A stretch of DNA of 64,000 bases, taken from assembly GCA_951406725.2 (NCBI GenBank), contig OX597833.1, positions 40,052,001 through 40,116,000 on the forward strand, in the 5' to 3' direction. The notes under the pieces are model-generated. The model worked only from the letters and a program-made list of their open reading frames with translations. It did no database searches and was not told the origin of the DNA. The position numbers and the translations under genes were made by a program. This DNA comes from Octopus vulgaris (Eukaryota). Below, piece by piece: positions 1-13,178 of the stretch. Position 1 is the first letter of the stretch; each line of letters starts with the position of its first letter.

Positions 1-422
1 AAGATTCATACTCTGTTTTTTTTCTCTATGGATTACCAAGAAAAAGTATTTGAAAAAAGTAAAAAATGAATTTGGTGTGGAGAGGGAGAAAATTAAAATC
101 TTGAGAATATGTTTTGTGAGTGAAATCCTAATATCCTGTATCACAAACAGAAGAATTAGAAGAAATTTAGGAAAAAAATATGGCAAGGGAGTGGAAATGC
201 CACCTAGGACATGCTACAAAGAAGAGGTAAAGGACAGAATTTCTGGGAAAACTTTCTTTTAAGTTTATATATTGAGGATCAGGTTTTTAAATATGCTCGT
301 CACAAACACAAATCACACAATAGAAAAAGATCATTTTAATTGGATTTGAGCTATAAATTTGCTCGTGCACACTGCAAGAAATAACATAATTTGCACAGAA
401 GTTTTACCTAGATAGATAGAGA

Positions 423-503
<81 letters not shown>

Positions 504-742
504 TGAAAGGAAGTTATTTTATGGTGTTCTTTCGTTTGAAGCAGCAAAGTTGTCAACTCAGCATATATGGAATCATATGACTGTTCGTTAATTTCCGTAA
601 AATTCTTTTAATTTCTTTATGCTTTGAAGGGTGCAGAAATTGAAAGAGAGGATAAAGTGAAAAAGCGACATTCGCTTTGAAGTGAGAGGAGAAAGTAAAA
701 GAGAGAAGAAAGCGAAAGATGTACGTGTATAAGAAATGGCCG

Positions 743-785
<43 letters not shown>

Positions 786-931
786 GTGAGTGAGTGAGTG
801 AAGGTGTGTGTTGTGATGTATGAATTTTTATGCGTGTATGTGTGTCATTCACTCGCTCTCTCTCTCACACACACACACTCTCTCTCTTACTCACACACAC
901 ACACATTATCTTTCATATACATGTGCATATA

Positions 932-1022
932 TAGGCGGAGGTAAAGAATACGTACAACACCCATTTGCAGAGTAACCCTAACCCTAAACACCAGGTGTTT
1001 GTATTCTTTACTTTCACCCATA
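932..1022. mobile_element. Tiny MITE-like element with terminal inverted repeats and an internal (TAACCC)n telomere-like motif
   Basis: GGCGGAGGTAAAGAATAC at the left end is an imperfect inverted repeat of GTATTCTTTACTTTCACCC at the right end. TAACCCTAACCCTAA lies at 973-987. Confidence 0.5.
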
Positions 1023-1459
1023 AATACGTAGGCATACATCTTTTTTGTACATGAGAGAAAGAGAGGGAGGGCGAGAAAAAGAAGGAGAGAGAAAGAGAGA
1101 GAGAGAAAAAAGAGAGCGAGAAAAAGAGAGAGAGAAAGAGAGATAGTGACTGTATTTCCTCATTGCATATAGAGAAATGAATATCTTTTAAGGCAATTTT
1201 TTTGGTTGTGGCATTTTGTAATACAATATTTATGTGTACATTTTTATAAATGTTTGTCCGAGTAGAATTCTATGCATGCTGGAAACATTGGACGAAAGTG
1301 AAATATTAGAAGTAAATTGAAATATTGTCCGAAAATGACCTCAAAATTGTGCAACCCATGTAGTTACTAAGGTTATTTTAGTTGTAAAAAAGAATTGTTG
1401 TGTGAAAACAGAGTTTATTTGATAGATAGATAATAAGCAGTGGCTATGTTTCGTTATAA

Positions 1460-1800
1460 CTCTCAAAGTTGTCAACAAACAGTCATCCGGTTCAGCTGTT
1501 TTGGTCGTGAATGTCCGTAAAACTTTTTAGTTATTTACTTTTGTTTTAAAGTGAGAGAAGTGAAAAATGTATGAACGTGTATATGAAATGGACGTGTGTG
1601 CTTGTGTGTGTGAGAGAGAGAGAGAGAGAAAGAGATAGTGAGTGCCACTTACACATACATGAGAACACACGTTCACTCACTTGCTCTCTCTCTCACACAC
1701 ACACACATACACACATGTGTATGTACATACAAAAAAGATGTATGCATATGTATTGATGTATGTACGTATACATGACAGCACACCCCTTCAATCACTCTCT
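1460..1800. repeat. Microsatellite-laden dispersed repeat, probably a Helitron-family internal sequence (related copies at ~545-900 and 41340-41730)
   Basis: 1540-1795 is the reverse complement of about 41460-41725. The TCCGTAAAA...TTTTAAAGTG motif is shared with 590-660 and 41340-41400. Confidence 0.5.
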
Positions 1801-2020
1801 TTCTCTCTCTCTCTGTCCCTTCTTCTCTCTCTCTTGCTATCTTTCGCCCTAAATAGATAAAACAAATTTTACAGAAATTAACAAACTCAGATGACAGCTC
1901 TGCAAGTCAAAACGAAAGATCGCCTAAGCAACTTTCTTTATTATAATACAGATGTGACTAATTCAGAGAAACATCACTTTCATTATTCTCACATCATCAG
2001 TCTCATAATCAAACAGATAT

Positions 2021-2071
<51 letters not shown>

Positions 2072-2072
<1 letters not shown>

Positions 2073-2223
2073 TTGCAGTGTGGAAGGTGTTTATAAGCCA
2101 TTGAAGAAACACACAAAAACAGTTAGATTCACTTCAACATTTAAGTTTAATTTGTCAAAATATTTTCGTCACTTTGAGACCACGACCTGTTCACTGACAA
2201 AGCTTCGTGCTGCATCACATAAA

Positions 2224-2260
<37 letters not shown>

Positions 2261-2392
2261 ATGATGCAGCACGGAATTTTGTAAGTGAACAGGTCGATGT
2301 CTCAAAGCGATGAAAATATTTTGACAAATTAAACTTAAATGTTGAAGTGAATCTAACTGTTTTTGTGTGTAAACACCTTCCACGCTGCAATT
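2072..2392. repeat. Inverted pair of a Penelope-like (pLTR) repeat separated by (TA)n
   Basis: 2072-2218 is the reverse complement of 2260-2392. A third partial copy lies at 34958-35030. Confidence 0.8.
2151..2201 (-). ncRNA. Minimal type-I hammerhead ribozyme fold with a G3:C8 core variant
   Basis: Minus strand reads TTTGTCA GTGAACA G GTCGT GGTCTCAAA GTGAC GAA AATATT T TGACAAA. This gives stem I of 7 bp, stem II, GAAA and a palindromic stem III. Further copies at 2278-2328(+) and 34973-35023(+). Confidence 0.6.
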
Positions 2393-2450
2393 GTTTTCGT
2401 TCCAGCACACGATCTCAGATCAGGTCACTTGCTATGCAAGTACATCTCAG

Positions 2451-2496
<46 letters not shown>

Positions 2497-2596
2497 ATAT
2501 ATATATGTATATGTATGTATATATATATATATATATATATACGTTTATATATTTGTTTGCAAGATTTTTGATGTGAAATAGCGTGTTGAAACAGAT

Positions 2597-2686
2597 ATTG
2601 TTGTATTTAGGAATGAACATTTTGCCAGTTTAGCCAATAAAAACACACGCACTATATATTTGGTGTTACTTTGCTTCAGCATTATT

Positions 2687-2730
<44 letters not shown>

Positions 2731-3113
2731 TAATAATAATAATAATAATAAGCGGATGTAAACAAAAACAAATTACACGAACATATATAAACAGGAAATA
2801 CAAATATTACAGGCATTTCCCCACACACATGCTCTAACTAAACATAGACGCACATAGAGATATACGCATGCGCAAATGAAGACACATACAATAGAAATAC
2901 AAAATGGCTGACGGTTAGTAAGGAGAGACACAAATAAGAAAGAAGAAAGCAAAGGACCACTGATGCGGTCACAGGAGTGTGACGAAAGAACTCTGGCCGA
3001 AATAAGATTAATGTAAAAAATAAATAACGCTGAAGCAAAGTAACACTAAATATATAGTGCGTGTGTTTTTATTGGCTAAACTGGCAAAATGACCATTCCT
3101 AAATACAACAATA
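2597..3113. repeat. Inverted repeat arms 2597-2688 / 3021-3113 (dispersed repeat family, related copy at ~20440-20520)
   Basis: TATTGTTGTATTTAGGAATG...TTTGCTTCAGC is mirrored by GCTGAAGCAAAG...CATTCCTAAATACAACAATA. Confidence 0.7.
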
Positions 3114-3170
3114 TATATATATATATATGCATAAATATATATAAACATATATATACACATATATATATGT

Positions 3171-3229
<59 letters not shown>

Positions 3230-3639
3230 TGTATGTATATGTATATATATATATCATCATCATCACCATCCTCATCATCATCAATATCATCATCATAAAT
3301 GGCCGAGAAATATTTTGGCGAAAGTTTATTTAGCAAGAAGAAAATCTTAATATCATGACAAATAGTTCCCTAACTCAAAAACATGCAAGTAATTTATATT
3401 TTCATAGTTAATAATCATGTCTGCATTACATTATGGAGCTTTTTTCATGAGTACTATTGCATTACTTGAATCCATATAATGTGAGTTAAATCTATGTGTG
3501 CGTGTGTATGAGTGTGTGTGTGCGTGTGTGTCTGTGCATATATATATATATACACGCATTCACACATATTGAAATATAAATATATACATATAACATATTC
3601 ATGACATTTTACATATACAAAACATACAAGTCATAAATT

Positions 3640-3736
<97 letters not shown>

Positions 3737-3819
3737 ATATGTATATATATATATATATATATATGTATATGTATATGTATATGTATGTATATGTATATGA
3801 TTTCATATACATGTAGAAG

Positions 3820-3925
3820 CATGACTCTTCTGATGATGCTTTCTGAAACTTTGAGGTCCTTTGCAATAGCTCTGATCGGCTTTCTGGGGTTTTTATTGAT
3901 TTTGCATCTTCCGCTGAAGACTTTT
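3820..3925 (-). mobile_element. Tc1/mariner DD37D-type transposase HTH fragment
   Basis: [28 protein letters not shown] is homologous to IMNKNPGKSIRDITKDLSVSECTIMRIM in the 53051-54304 element. Confidence 0.7.
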
Positions 3926-4036
3926 GCAGTTAAAATGTTGGAAAAAAAAGAGAAAATCTCATGCATTCCTCCTACAAGGCAATCAGGATTTCAGTTCTGA
4001 TGAGAATGTTCTTTAGTCATTATGCATGTATGTATG

Positions 4037-4083
<47 letters not shown>

Positions 4084-4108
4084 TTATGTATGTATGTATC
4101 TATCTATC

Positions 4109-4139
<31 letters not shown>

Positions 4140-4871
4140 CTCTCGACTTATTTATCTATCTATCTCTCTACTTATTTATCTATCCATCTATTTATTTATC
4201 TATCTATCTATCCATCTATTTATTTATCTATCTATCCATATATCTATCTATCTATTTATTTATTTATCTATACATTCATATACATACATATATATATTTA
4301 CACACATGTACATACACACACATTCTTACACACACATCATGTGATCTAGGTCATATAATCTTTTCATCAACATAGGCATTTTGCATTCTTATAAAGAACG
4401 TAAATATTCTGTAACCTTCATGTTTAATAAAACTATACTATGAAATCCAAACATATTTTCTATATAATTTGGGCTTTTTTTTTTACCTAAGAAATGACTC
4501 CACTACACAGAAAAATCAGAGAGAAAGAAACCACTCCAAAAGGAGGTCAATACCAATGCATGGATTATTTCATGTTGTCTGTATGTATGGTTATATAGAA
4601 TAATTAAAGAATGTCTCACACACTATCTTATACATATGCACACACACACACATACAAAATGTACATATGTTATAATGCATATATATGCATATGCATGTGT
4701 GTGTGTACATACATATATATACACATACATATACATATATATACATGTATAAACATGTATATATGTATATATATGTATATATACATATATATATATACAC
4801 ATGCACACATATACATATCCATCTATATCTAACTATATATACATATATAGAGAGATATCTATATACAGACC

Positions 4872-4902
<31 letters not shown>

Positions 4903-5011
4903 TATATATCTATATCTATCTATCTATCTATATATATATATACCTATATATATATAATATATATACATATATATCTATATACAGACCTATATATATATAT
5001 ATATGTATATA

Positions 5012-5065
<54 letters not shown>

Positions 5066-5077
5066 CATACATACATG

Positions 5078-5128
<51 letters not shown>

Positions 5129-5483
5129 GCATGTATGTTTGTACATATAATGTGTGTGTGTATGTGTGTAAAGACACATAGAAAATACACACAGAAACAC
5201 ATATACATATAGGGGGAGGGCTAGACACATTAATAAAACAGACACATTACCATATATAGAAACTATATATCCACATAAGCTAAACCAACACTCACTCACA
5301 TTTTCGCATAAAAGCACACAACATTAGCATGTGTATATATTTATGTATATGTGTATATATAAATATAAATATATATATATATACGCACATACATATACAT
5401 ACATATATATATATATTTATGTATGTGTGTTATATATAACTATAAATATATATATATATATATACGCACATACATATACATAC

Positions 5484-5617
<134 letters not shown>

Positions 5618-5939
5618 CAATATATATATATATATGTATATGTATATATATATATGTATATTTATATATATATATACATCAAAAGATAAATAAATACGCA
5701 TATAAATGCACAGTATGCACATATATGTATACTAAATCACACAACTTCATACACATGAGCATAGACACACCTACACGCCCCCACACTCACACTCACACCC
5801 ACACCCACACACTAGGAGAACCAAAACACAACAGTAATATAAACTGAACAATTGACCTTCAATTACTTATCAGAGCTAAATAATGAGTCATCTTCCCATG
5901 ATGCTCTACATTAAGAGAAGATGTTGGGGATGGGGAAGG

Positions 5940-5973
5940 GGGTTATGTTGCTCATCAAGGTGATGATGATGAC

Positions 5974-6005
<32 letters not shown>

Positions 6006-6365
6006 TGCCGACGATGATGATGATGATGGTATTGATAATAATTAGAATGATGGCAAAGCTTGACAATGATTGTTTTAGCAGAGGTGGTTGTGGTGGTGGT
6101 GGTGGTGGTGGTGGTTTTGGTGGTGGTGGTGGTGGCGGCGGTGGTGGCGGCGGCGATGGCAGTGTTGGTGGTGGTGGTGGTGTTGAGTAAGAGGAGGAAG
6201 GGGAGGAGGAAGAGAACAATGGTTGTGATAGTGAGGATGATGTTGATGGTGATGATGGTGATGGTTTAAAATGACAATGATGTGTTGATGATGATCATGC
6301 TGATGATCACTACCACTACCATTACCACAAACACTATTGTCATTCCCTACAACCATCATCACCTT
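5940..6365. repeat. Compound trinucleotide low-complexity island (GAT/GAC/GGT/GAG/ACC)
   Basis: Direct inspection of the sequence. Confidence 0.9.
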
Positions 6366-6429
6366 CCTGACATGGTCTAAACACTAAGCTGAAAGTATTT
6401 ATTATTCACCTTTGGATCTACTATATAAT

Positions 6430-6828
6430 GGATTCTGTTGTCATGAACGACAAATTAGGGTTCAGTAAAATAAAGCAGCAATCATGCTCTATCGACAGGA
6501 ATGTGTCTCTTGAGGCCTGCTGGTGCCTTGCAAATCTTTTGGCAAATGGAACTAGTTGAGCACTCAGTTTGCTTAAGTGCTTGTGGATCATTTACTATGT
6601 GTTTCCTTGAGTGGATGGCAAGGCCTGCTTTGCTTTGTGCTACAAAACAACAACAACAGGTAAGGGTTCCATTTAGAGAAGCAGTGTTTTGCCAGTGTGC
6701 CTTCATGCTCGTACAAAGTTGATCCCAATGTTGGAGTTGACTTTGTCCAAACCTTTGAACAGAGGAGAAGTAGGATGGCGCCAGGTCCTGTGTTCTGGTG
6801 CTTTATTTTCCCAAGGAGAAAAGAGAAT
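6430..6828 (-). mobile_element. Degenerate 3' end of an RTE-BovB-like LINE ORF with two C2H2-like zinc fingers
   Basis: Minus translation gives WENKAPEHRTWR (RTE C-terminal W..A..R..WR motif), then CCCCFVAQSKAGLAIHSRKH and ICQKICKAPAGLKRH. Confidence 0.6.
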
Positions 6829-7648
6829 CATCATCATCATCATCATTGTTTAATGTCCACTTTCCATGCTGGCATGGGTTGGACGGTTGACTGAGGACTA
6901 GTGAGCCAGATGGCTGCACGAGGCTCCAATCTGATGGCAGAGTTTCTACAGCTGGATGCTCTTCCTAATGCCAGCCACTCTGAGAGTGGGTGCTTTTATG
7001 TGCCACTAGCACGAGGGTCAGTCAGGTGGTACTGGCAACGTCCACGCTCAAATGATGCATTTTACATTCCACCTGCACAGGAGTCAGTCCAGAGGTACTG
7101 GCAACGACCTCACTCGAATGTTGTTTTTCATGTGCCACCAGCACAAGTGCCAGTAAGGCGACACTGGTAACGATCATGCTCAAATGGTGCTTTTTGGGAG
7201 CCAGTCAGTGGCCTTGTCAACTATCATGAACAGATGGTGTTCTTAGCATTCCACTAGCACGGATGCCAGTCATGCGATGCTGTCATTGGCCACGTCAGCA
7301 AATTTGATTTTGATTTCACTTGCCTCAACAGGTCTTCGCAAATAGAGTTTAGTATCCAATGAAAGAAAGGTACACATAAGTGGGCTGGTTACATCACTGG
7401 ATTAGGTCATGGATTATGGTCTTACTTGGCTTGCTGGGTCTTCTCAAGCACAGCATATTTCCAAAGGTCTCGGTCACTAGTCATTGCCTCGGTGAGGCCT
7501 AATGTTTGGAGGTTGAGCTTCACCACCTCATCCCAGGTCTTCCTGGGTCTACCTCTTTCACAGGATCCTTCAGCCACTAGGATGTGACACTTTTACACAC
7601 CGCTATCCTCATCCATTCTCACCACATGACCATACCAATGCAGTTGTC
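6829..7648 (-). mobile_element. 5'-truncated RTE LINE copy (ORF end, 3'UTR and (GAT)n tail)
   Basis: The reverse complement of 7440-7648 matches the WYGHV.RMDED...GRPRKTWDEVVK end of ORF 15940-17160. The 3'UTR and tail match 17880-18054. Confidence 0.85.
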
Positions 7649-7696
7649 ACTCACATACACACACACATATACATGTATATAACAAATGTACATATA

Positions 7697-8585
7697 CAGG
7701 ATGCAGTGAATAAACTGTCATCTAAATTATGCAAAAATGAAAATAACACTGACATCTCATTTTAACAGATATATTTACCAAAATTACATAAAAATATCGT
7801 GAAATACTAAAGAGTAAATTTATTCAATAAAAGCGTCATTGGCTTCAAGTACGGTCTTCAGATGCCTATGGAATCTCCTGCAGCTCTTCTGGACTGTTCC
7901 CTTGTTTAAGTTGGTGAATACTGCCATAATCCTTGTCTTCAGTTCATCTTTGGTGTCACAAGAAATTTTGTCGGTCTCTCACTCAACTGCACTCCACATG
8001 TAATAATCAAGTGAGTTGCAATCTAGGGAGTTAGATGGCCAGATGTTAGGGGTGATGTGGTCACAGAAATTGTCTGACAGCCACAACTGGGTTCTCTTGC
8101 TTGTGTGGCATGGTGCAGAGTCTTGTTGCCATACATGGAGTCTTCCAGCAGCCACCCTCTTGACCCAGGGCAGCACTATCTCCTCCAGGCACTTGATGTA
8201 GACCTCTGTGTTGAATTTAAAATTGTGCGGGAAGGTGAATGGAGGCATAACATCGCCATCCCTAGTGATCACTCCAAACACCATGATGTTGACTGGATGT
8301 ATGATTTTTATGACTCTCGGTACATGTCCTCAGATTGACACTCACATAATCTGAAATGTTCGTATTGGAACTTCATAATCTGAAATGTTCGTATTGGTAC
8401 TTCAAACTGTACAGCATGTTGTTTCCAAATTTCTGGCAGTATGAATTGCGACATGGTGCTGTTTTTCTCACAGATGATGTCCAGTTGACTCTGCAATACT
8501 ATGTAGCTGGTAAAATCAAAAACAAACAATGTGCTTGCACAAAATTAAAAATACAAAATGGTAACAATTTACCCATTACACTCTG
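7697..8585 (-). mobile_element. Internally deleted DD37D (maT/mori-like) DNA transposon
   Basis: ORF 7979-8284 contains QQDSAPCH...WPSNSLDCNSLDY with 37 residues between the two aspartates. Imperfect TIRs CAGGATGCAGTGAATAAACTGTCA / TAACAATTTACCCATTACACTCTG. A solo TIR end lies at 29483-29540. Confidence 0.85.
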
Positions 8586-8617
8586 TGTATGTATATATAT
8601 ATACACATATATATATA

Positions 8618-9097
8618 TCATCATCGTTTAGCGTCCGCTTTCCATGCTAGCATGGGTTGGACGGGTCAACTGGGGTCTGTGAAGCTGGAAGGTTTCGTCA
8701 GGCCCAGTTAGATCTGGCAGTGTTTCTACGGCTGGATGCCCTTCCTAACGCCAACCACTCCGCGAGTGTAGTGGGTGTTTTTTACGTGCCACCTGCACAG
8801 GTGCCAGACAGAGCTGGTGAACGGCCACGAACGGATGGTGCTTTTACGTGTCACCGGCACGGGGCCAGGCGATGCTGGCAACGGACACAAACGGATGGTG
8901 CTTTTACGTGCCACCGACACGGGGCCAGACAGAGCTGGCAACCGGCCACGAACAGATGGTGCTTTTACGTGTCACTGGCACGGGGGCCAGCCGAGGCTGG
9001 CAACGGACGCGAACGGATGGTGCTTTTATGTGCCACCGACACGGGGCCAGACAGAGCTGGCAACCGGCCACGAACGGATGGTGCTTTTACGTGTCAC

Positions 9098-9101
<4 letters not shown>
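8618..9101 (-). mobile_element. RTE 3'UTR copy with a ~60-bp tandem hairpin module array
   Basis: Carries the GTCCGCTTTCCATGCTAGCATGGGTTGGACGG terminal motif shared with the RTE 3' end. About five GGTGCTTTTACGTG(C/T)CACCG(G/A)CACGGGGCC modules follow. Confidence 0.85.
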
Positions 9102-9145
<44 letters not shown>

Positions 9146-9148
<3 letters not shown>

Positions 9149-9267
9149 CCTGCTCGCTTAGCCAGCAGGGTGGCATCATTTAAAGGTTAAAACAATGCGA
9201 AACGCATTGTGACCAGCGATATGTAGCAACATCTGATAGCCTGGTCGGTCACGGTGATCACGGTGAT
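9146..9267 (+). repeat. Short dispersed repeat ending in (CACGGTGAT)2; inverted copy at ~46760-46880
   Basis: AAAACAATGCGAAACGCATTGTGACCAGCGAT...ACATCTGATAG occurs in reverse complement at about 46785-46835. Confidence 0.65.
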
Positions 9268-9288
9268 ATATATATATATATATATACA

Positions 9289-9390
<102 letters not shown>

Positions 9391-9734
9391 GGCTTGGAGA
9401 TGATGTACAGGTTTTATATATTAGAAGAAATAAGGTACTCAAAAAATGTGGATGGTTTTATATTTACAGATAATTATTAGTATGTTACATGTTTTTATAA
9501 ATCATATATCATATATTAGTGCTTTCATCCACTCTAGTGGAGTTGTCAAATTGAACTTTTGCAGGGATTTTGTCTCTTTTTATAGTATTATTGAGTGTGT
9601 AGGTGTGGGGAGAGATATAAGATAGTAGAAGAGGGTGAGGAATGGGGAGAAAGTGGGGGAGAGAGCATGTGTGTGTGTGTGTGTTTGTTTGTATCTGAAA
9701 GAGTGTTAAAGAAAAAGGGAAGGAAAGGAAGAAG

Positions 9735-9901
9735 GAGAGAAAGAAGAAAAAATTTGTTGATATCTTTGCAGCTGGTCAGTCTTCCAATAGTAAATGATTC
9801 TTGGCTTTTAGAAATGGCAAACCCTGCTGGTCACTCCAAGGGGGGCAAAATGTCACTTTTCAAAAAATTGTTTGGATTTCTTTTTATCATTGTCTTGTAA
9901 G

Positions 9902-9942
<41 letters not shown>

Positions 9943-10150
9943 ACGCACATGTGTGTGGGGGGTCTGCATATCTGAAAGGAGTGTCAAATGGAAAAGAGAA
10001 TAAAAGGAAGGAGGAGAGAAAGAAGAAAAAATGTATTTACATTTTTGAAACTGGTCAGTCTTTCAATAGTAAATGATTCTTGGGTTTTAGAAAAGGCAAA
10101 CCTAGCTGGCCACTTCAAGGGGGGCAAAATGTCACTTCTCAAAAAATTGT
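9735..10150 (+). repeat. Direct duplication of a ~135-bp unit (about 9735-9870 and 10015-10150)
   Basis: Both copies carry CTGGTCAGTCTT.CAATAGTAAATGATTCTTGG...GGGGGCAAAATGTCACTT.TCAAAAAATTGT. Confidence 0.8.
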
Positions 10151-10894
10151 CAGATGCCCACGCGTCCAGGTTTAGATATAAGATATTAAAGGATGTATAT
10201 AAGAACGTATGTAAAGAATCACGCACTCACGTCTACACGTGCACGCACACACGGCTGTGTGTCCATATGTGCGTGCACATATACACTTACATACACACAC
10301 AGAGACATACGCGCATAGAGGTATAGCTATAAGATATTAAAAGATGTATACAAATAGGTGTAAACATATGCATATAAGAAATCTGCGAAAACATGTAAAA
10401 AAATGTAAAGAAATACGTAAGAAATTTTAAAAAATTATTAAAGAAAATTATTAGAGATGAGTAACGGGGTATGCACATCCAGACGTAGATGTTTACTCGT
10501 ACATATGTACACATATGTATACGTATACATACGTACACGGACGCACGTATAATCATAAAGCGGATCCATAGGTAAGTAAATAAGGGATAAGCAAAAAAAA
10601 AAAATAGACATATATAGAGATATAAAGCGATAAGTTAGGGGTAAGAATGAGGGTAAGAATAAAAATTAGAAATAAAAGTAAGAAATACAATATAAAATAA
10701 GAAATGCAATATAAAAGTTAGAAATGAAATCTAAAAATTATAAAAATTATAAGAATTAAAATAAGGGATGAAAATAAAAATAAGAATAAAGGTAAAGCGA
10801 AATAGAATAGGATAAAGCAAAATAAAAATATAATCTGGTAAAGTTTAACATGAGATGAAGGTGGTTGAAAGTTAAAGGTGTGTGCTAAAGGTGC

Positions 10895-10945
<51 letters not shown>

Positions 10946-10984
10946 TCTATTTACACACACAGAGATTTATGCCCCCCCCCCCCA

Positions 10985-11231
10985 GGCTCTCATGCTGGTG
11001 GCATGTAAGAAGCACCATCTGAATGTGGTTGATGCCAGTGCCGCCTAACTTGTTCCCATGCTGGTGGCACATAAAAAGCACCCACTACAATCTCGGAGTG
11101 GTAAGTGTTAGGAAGGGCATCCAGCTGTAGAAACCTTGCCAGATTACATTGGAGTCTGGTGCAGCCTACTGGCTTGCTATTCCTCAGTCAAACCAGCCAA
11201 CTCATGCTAGCATGGAAAATGGACTTTAAAT
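10985..11231 (+). mobile_element. RTE 3'UTR remnant
   Basis: GTTAGGAAGGGCATCCAGCTGTAGAAAC...CATGCTAGCATGGAAAATGGAC, matching the RTE 3' end. Confidence 0.75.
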
Positions 11232-12761
11232 GAAATATCTTCTTAACTACCATACTACCATCAATAAACTATTATGTATCATAAATATATTGAATGTGTT
11301 TATTTATATATATATGTGGTAATAACGTTTTTTAATTTTAAGGAATGCTTGCATTCAAGAAAACATGTACATTTGAGTTTGTCGTATGTTAACCTACATG
11401 TACGTCAAAATGTAACTTCATTTTGGAAATTCTCCCTGAAGAAATACCCAATTGACTGGTTTCAAATGTGGAAATTTGAATTAAAGTTTTTTTTTCTTGT
11501 AATTGAACTGATTGAGTGTGGAAACAGTTGTGGGCAGGAATTTCTCAACATGAATTTGAATATCTTTGACTAAATAACAGCTGTACATAAATTTTTCCAT
11601 TTTCTTCCTATTTTTCATTCATATAAATATATATATATATGTGTATGTATGCATGTATATGTATATTTTTATGTGTGTGTGTCTGTGTTTGTCCTCATGC
11701 CATCACTTGATAACACCAAAGCTGATGTGTTTATGTCCCTGTAACTTAGCAGTTCAGCAAAAAAGAACGATAGAATAAGTATTAGGCTTACAAAGAATAA
11801 GTTCTGGGGTCAATTTCTTCAACTAAAACCCTTTAAAACAGTGTTGCAGTACAGCTACAGTTAAATGACTGAAACATGTAAAAGAACAAAAGAAAAAAGA
11901 ATGTATTTAAGATAATCTATCCCACAGGAATAATGAGTTAAAAACAGAACCTATGTCAGCTTGCAGGTACAGCATGAAAGTTTTGCTATCTCTCTGTTGC
12001 ACAACAGTCCAACCAACAACGGCATCACAGATTATATGTCATCCTGCCATTTTGTGCTTTGCTTCAACAACTTCAACATAAGTCCATTGAAGTGTTCTAT
12101 GTTCAAATTCCTGAATACTAAAGTGGAATCATGGTATGAAAAGTATCTGAGTAATTATGTCTATGATTGAGTGTGTGTGTCTTTGATTTTATGATTTTAT
12201 GTTCATATTCATTTTTCTATTCTTGTGCATGAAGTGTATTCTTGCACATATCTGTGTGTGTGTGTGTGTGTTTGTGTGCTGGCTTAGATACATTCTTTTC
12301 CCACCCTGTCCATCCCTGATATCCCACCTCCCACCTCCACCGCCACCACCACCTTCCTAGTCAGTGCCATCAATTACAGACCATTACTTTCAGCAAGACA
12401 ATAAGAGGTATATTCACTGAAATTAGATGGTCTTCTAATTTATCATCAAGCCTCTATACAATTGTTTGATAAAACCTATTTAGAAGGGAATCAAAACATA
12501 AAGGCAGACTACCAGTTTGTGGTGGTGGTGTTGGTGGCGGTGGTGGTGGTGAGGAGGAGGAGGAGGAGGAGGAGGAGGAGAGCTGGTGATAGTGGTAGTA
12601 GTGGTGCTATTGTTATTATTGGTGGTGGAGGTGGGATGGAAAAGAAGTCTTGCACACACACACACACACACATACACTCATGCATGTGATTAGAAATACA
12701 TGCATACATATACTTACACATAGAAGACAAATATATATGTTCACACACACACACACACATG

Positions 12762-12847
<86 letters not shown>

Positions 12848-12875
12848 ATATATATATATAATAATAATAATAATT

Positions 12876-12922
<47 letters not shown>

Positions 12923-13140
12923 TCAAAAGACATGTATTTCTACATTTTTCTGTACAAATATGAATATATGTCAATATAGGTGAACACACACACATACACA
13001 CATATATATGTGTGTGTAGATATAGATATATATATATATATATAAAATATATAATATGTATATGTGTGTGTGTGTATGTGTGTTTGTATGTGTATGTGTG
13101 TGTATATATATAAGTGTGTATGAATATGTATATCTACATA

Positions 13141-13178
<38 letters not shown>

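Noticed and set aside
2555-2605. Possible hammerhead (..GCAAGA..GAAACAGATATTGTT), also near 20455
   Set aside because: There is no CUGANGA or covariant core.
8345-8402. 29-bp tandem duplication
   Set aside because: It is a local slippage event inside a dead DD37D element.
8770-9101. CRISPR-like repeat/spacer appearance
   Set aside because: The spacers are homologous to each other, the array lies in an RTE 3'UTR, the context is eukaryotic and no cas genes are present.
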